Positions 63,661 through 64,000 of a stretch of DNA of 64,000 nucleotides are shown here, piece by piece. The stretch lies in the NCBI RefSeq assembly GCF_001194135.2, contig NC_068995.1, positions 657,083 to 721,082 on the forward strand, in the 5' to 3' direction. This DNA is from Octopus bimaculoides (Eukaryota). The position numbers and the translations under genes were made by a program. Position 1 is the first letter of the stretch, and each line of letters opens with the position of its first letter. Below the pieces are notes generated by a model. It ran no database searches. It had not been told where the DNA came from and saw nothing but the letters and a program-made list of their open reading frames with translations.

Positions 63661-64000
63661 AGATATACATACACACATAATCTTGTATTTGTTATTGTGA
63701 ACTTATGAACATTCTAGAAATAAAGCAATGACGTCTCTTTTGTCGCTTGTGCTGGGAGATTTGTAACGTGAGTGCAAGAGGCAAAAGCAGAATGAATGCA
63801 TAGAGCATTGTACTCCAATTATATTCATTCACTTCTATGCTTACATAAACATTTAGAAATCAAAATTCAATATCATTTTAATGATTAGAATTTTCTTTGT
63901 CTTTATAGTTAAATTTACATTATTTTTATGCTTACATTTTTTATGTCCCGTGTGAAGCAAACCTTTTTTTTTTTTTCACTGGAAAAAAGTGTTTTGCAGT

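Overview
Eukaryotic, AT-rich, microsatellite- and SINE-dense genomic DNA with about 12 assembly gaps. The repeat families resemble octopus/cephalopod repeats as I recall them (inference, not a search result). The one recognisable protein gene is a + strand filamin (FLNA/cheerio-like): 13 GT-AG exons between 6864 and 39800 splice into one open frame (2107 nt, about 702 codons). They cover the second half of Ig repeat 16 through Ig repeat 23 and include a 19.2-kb intron. Hinge 2 and the Ig24 dimerisation repeat were not found. The most unusual feature lies at 48.9-57.7 kb and is not annotated in the ORF track: six + strand microexon candidates (12, 18, 12, 12, 12, 12 nt). Each has a related pyrimidine-rich acceptor and a G|GT donor and sits in its own diverged copy of a roughly 1-1.5 kb tandem cassette. 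They could extend filamin hinge 2 (phase 1) or belong to a separate micro-exon gene. Interleaved are antisense splice-like signals, including an ATG|GTAAGT exon end and a 15-nt microexon. Also present: hammerhead-ribozyme-like motifs, a foldback element with tRNA-like arms, a ~107-bp intronic palindrome, a Tc1/mariner-type MITE, a decayed R4/Dong-like LINE 3' end and many SINEs. Nearly all other ORFs in the track are microsatellite or N-gap artefacts. Repeat boundaries are approximate; exon boundaries were counted by hand.
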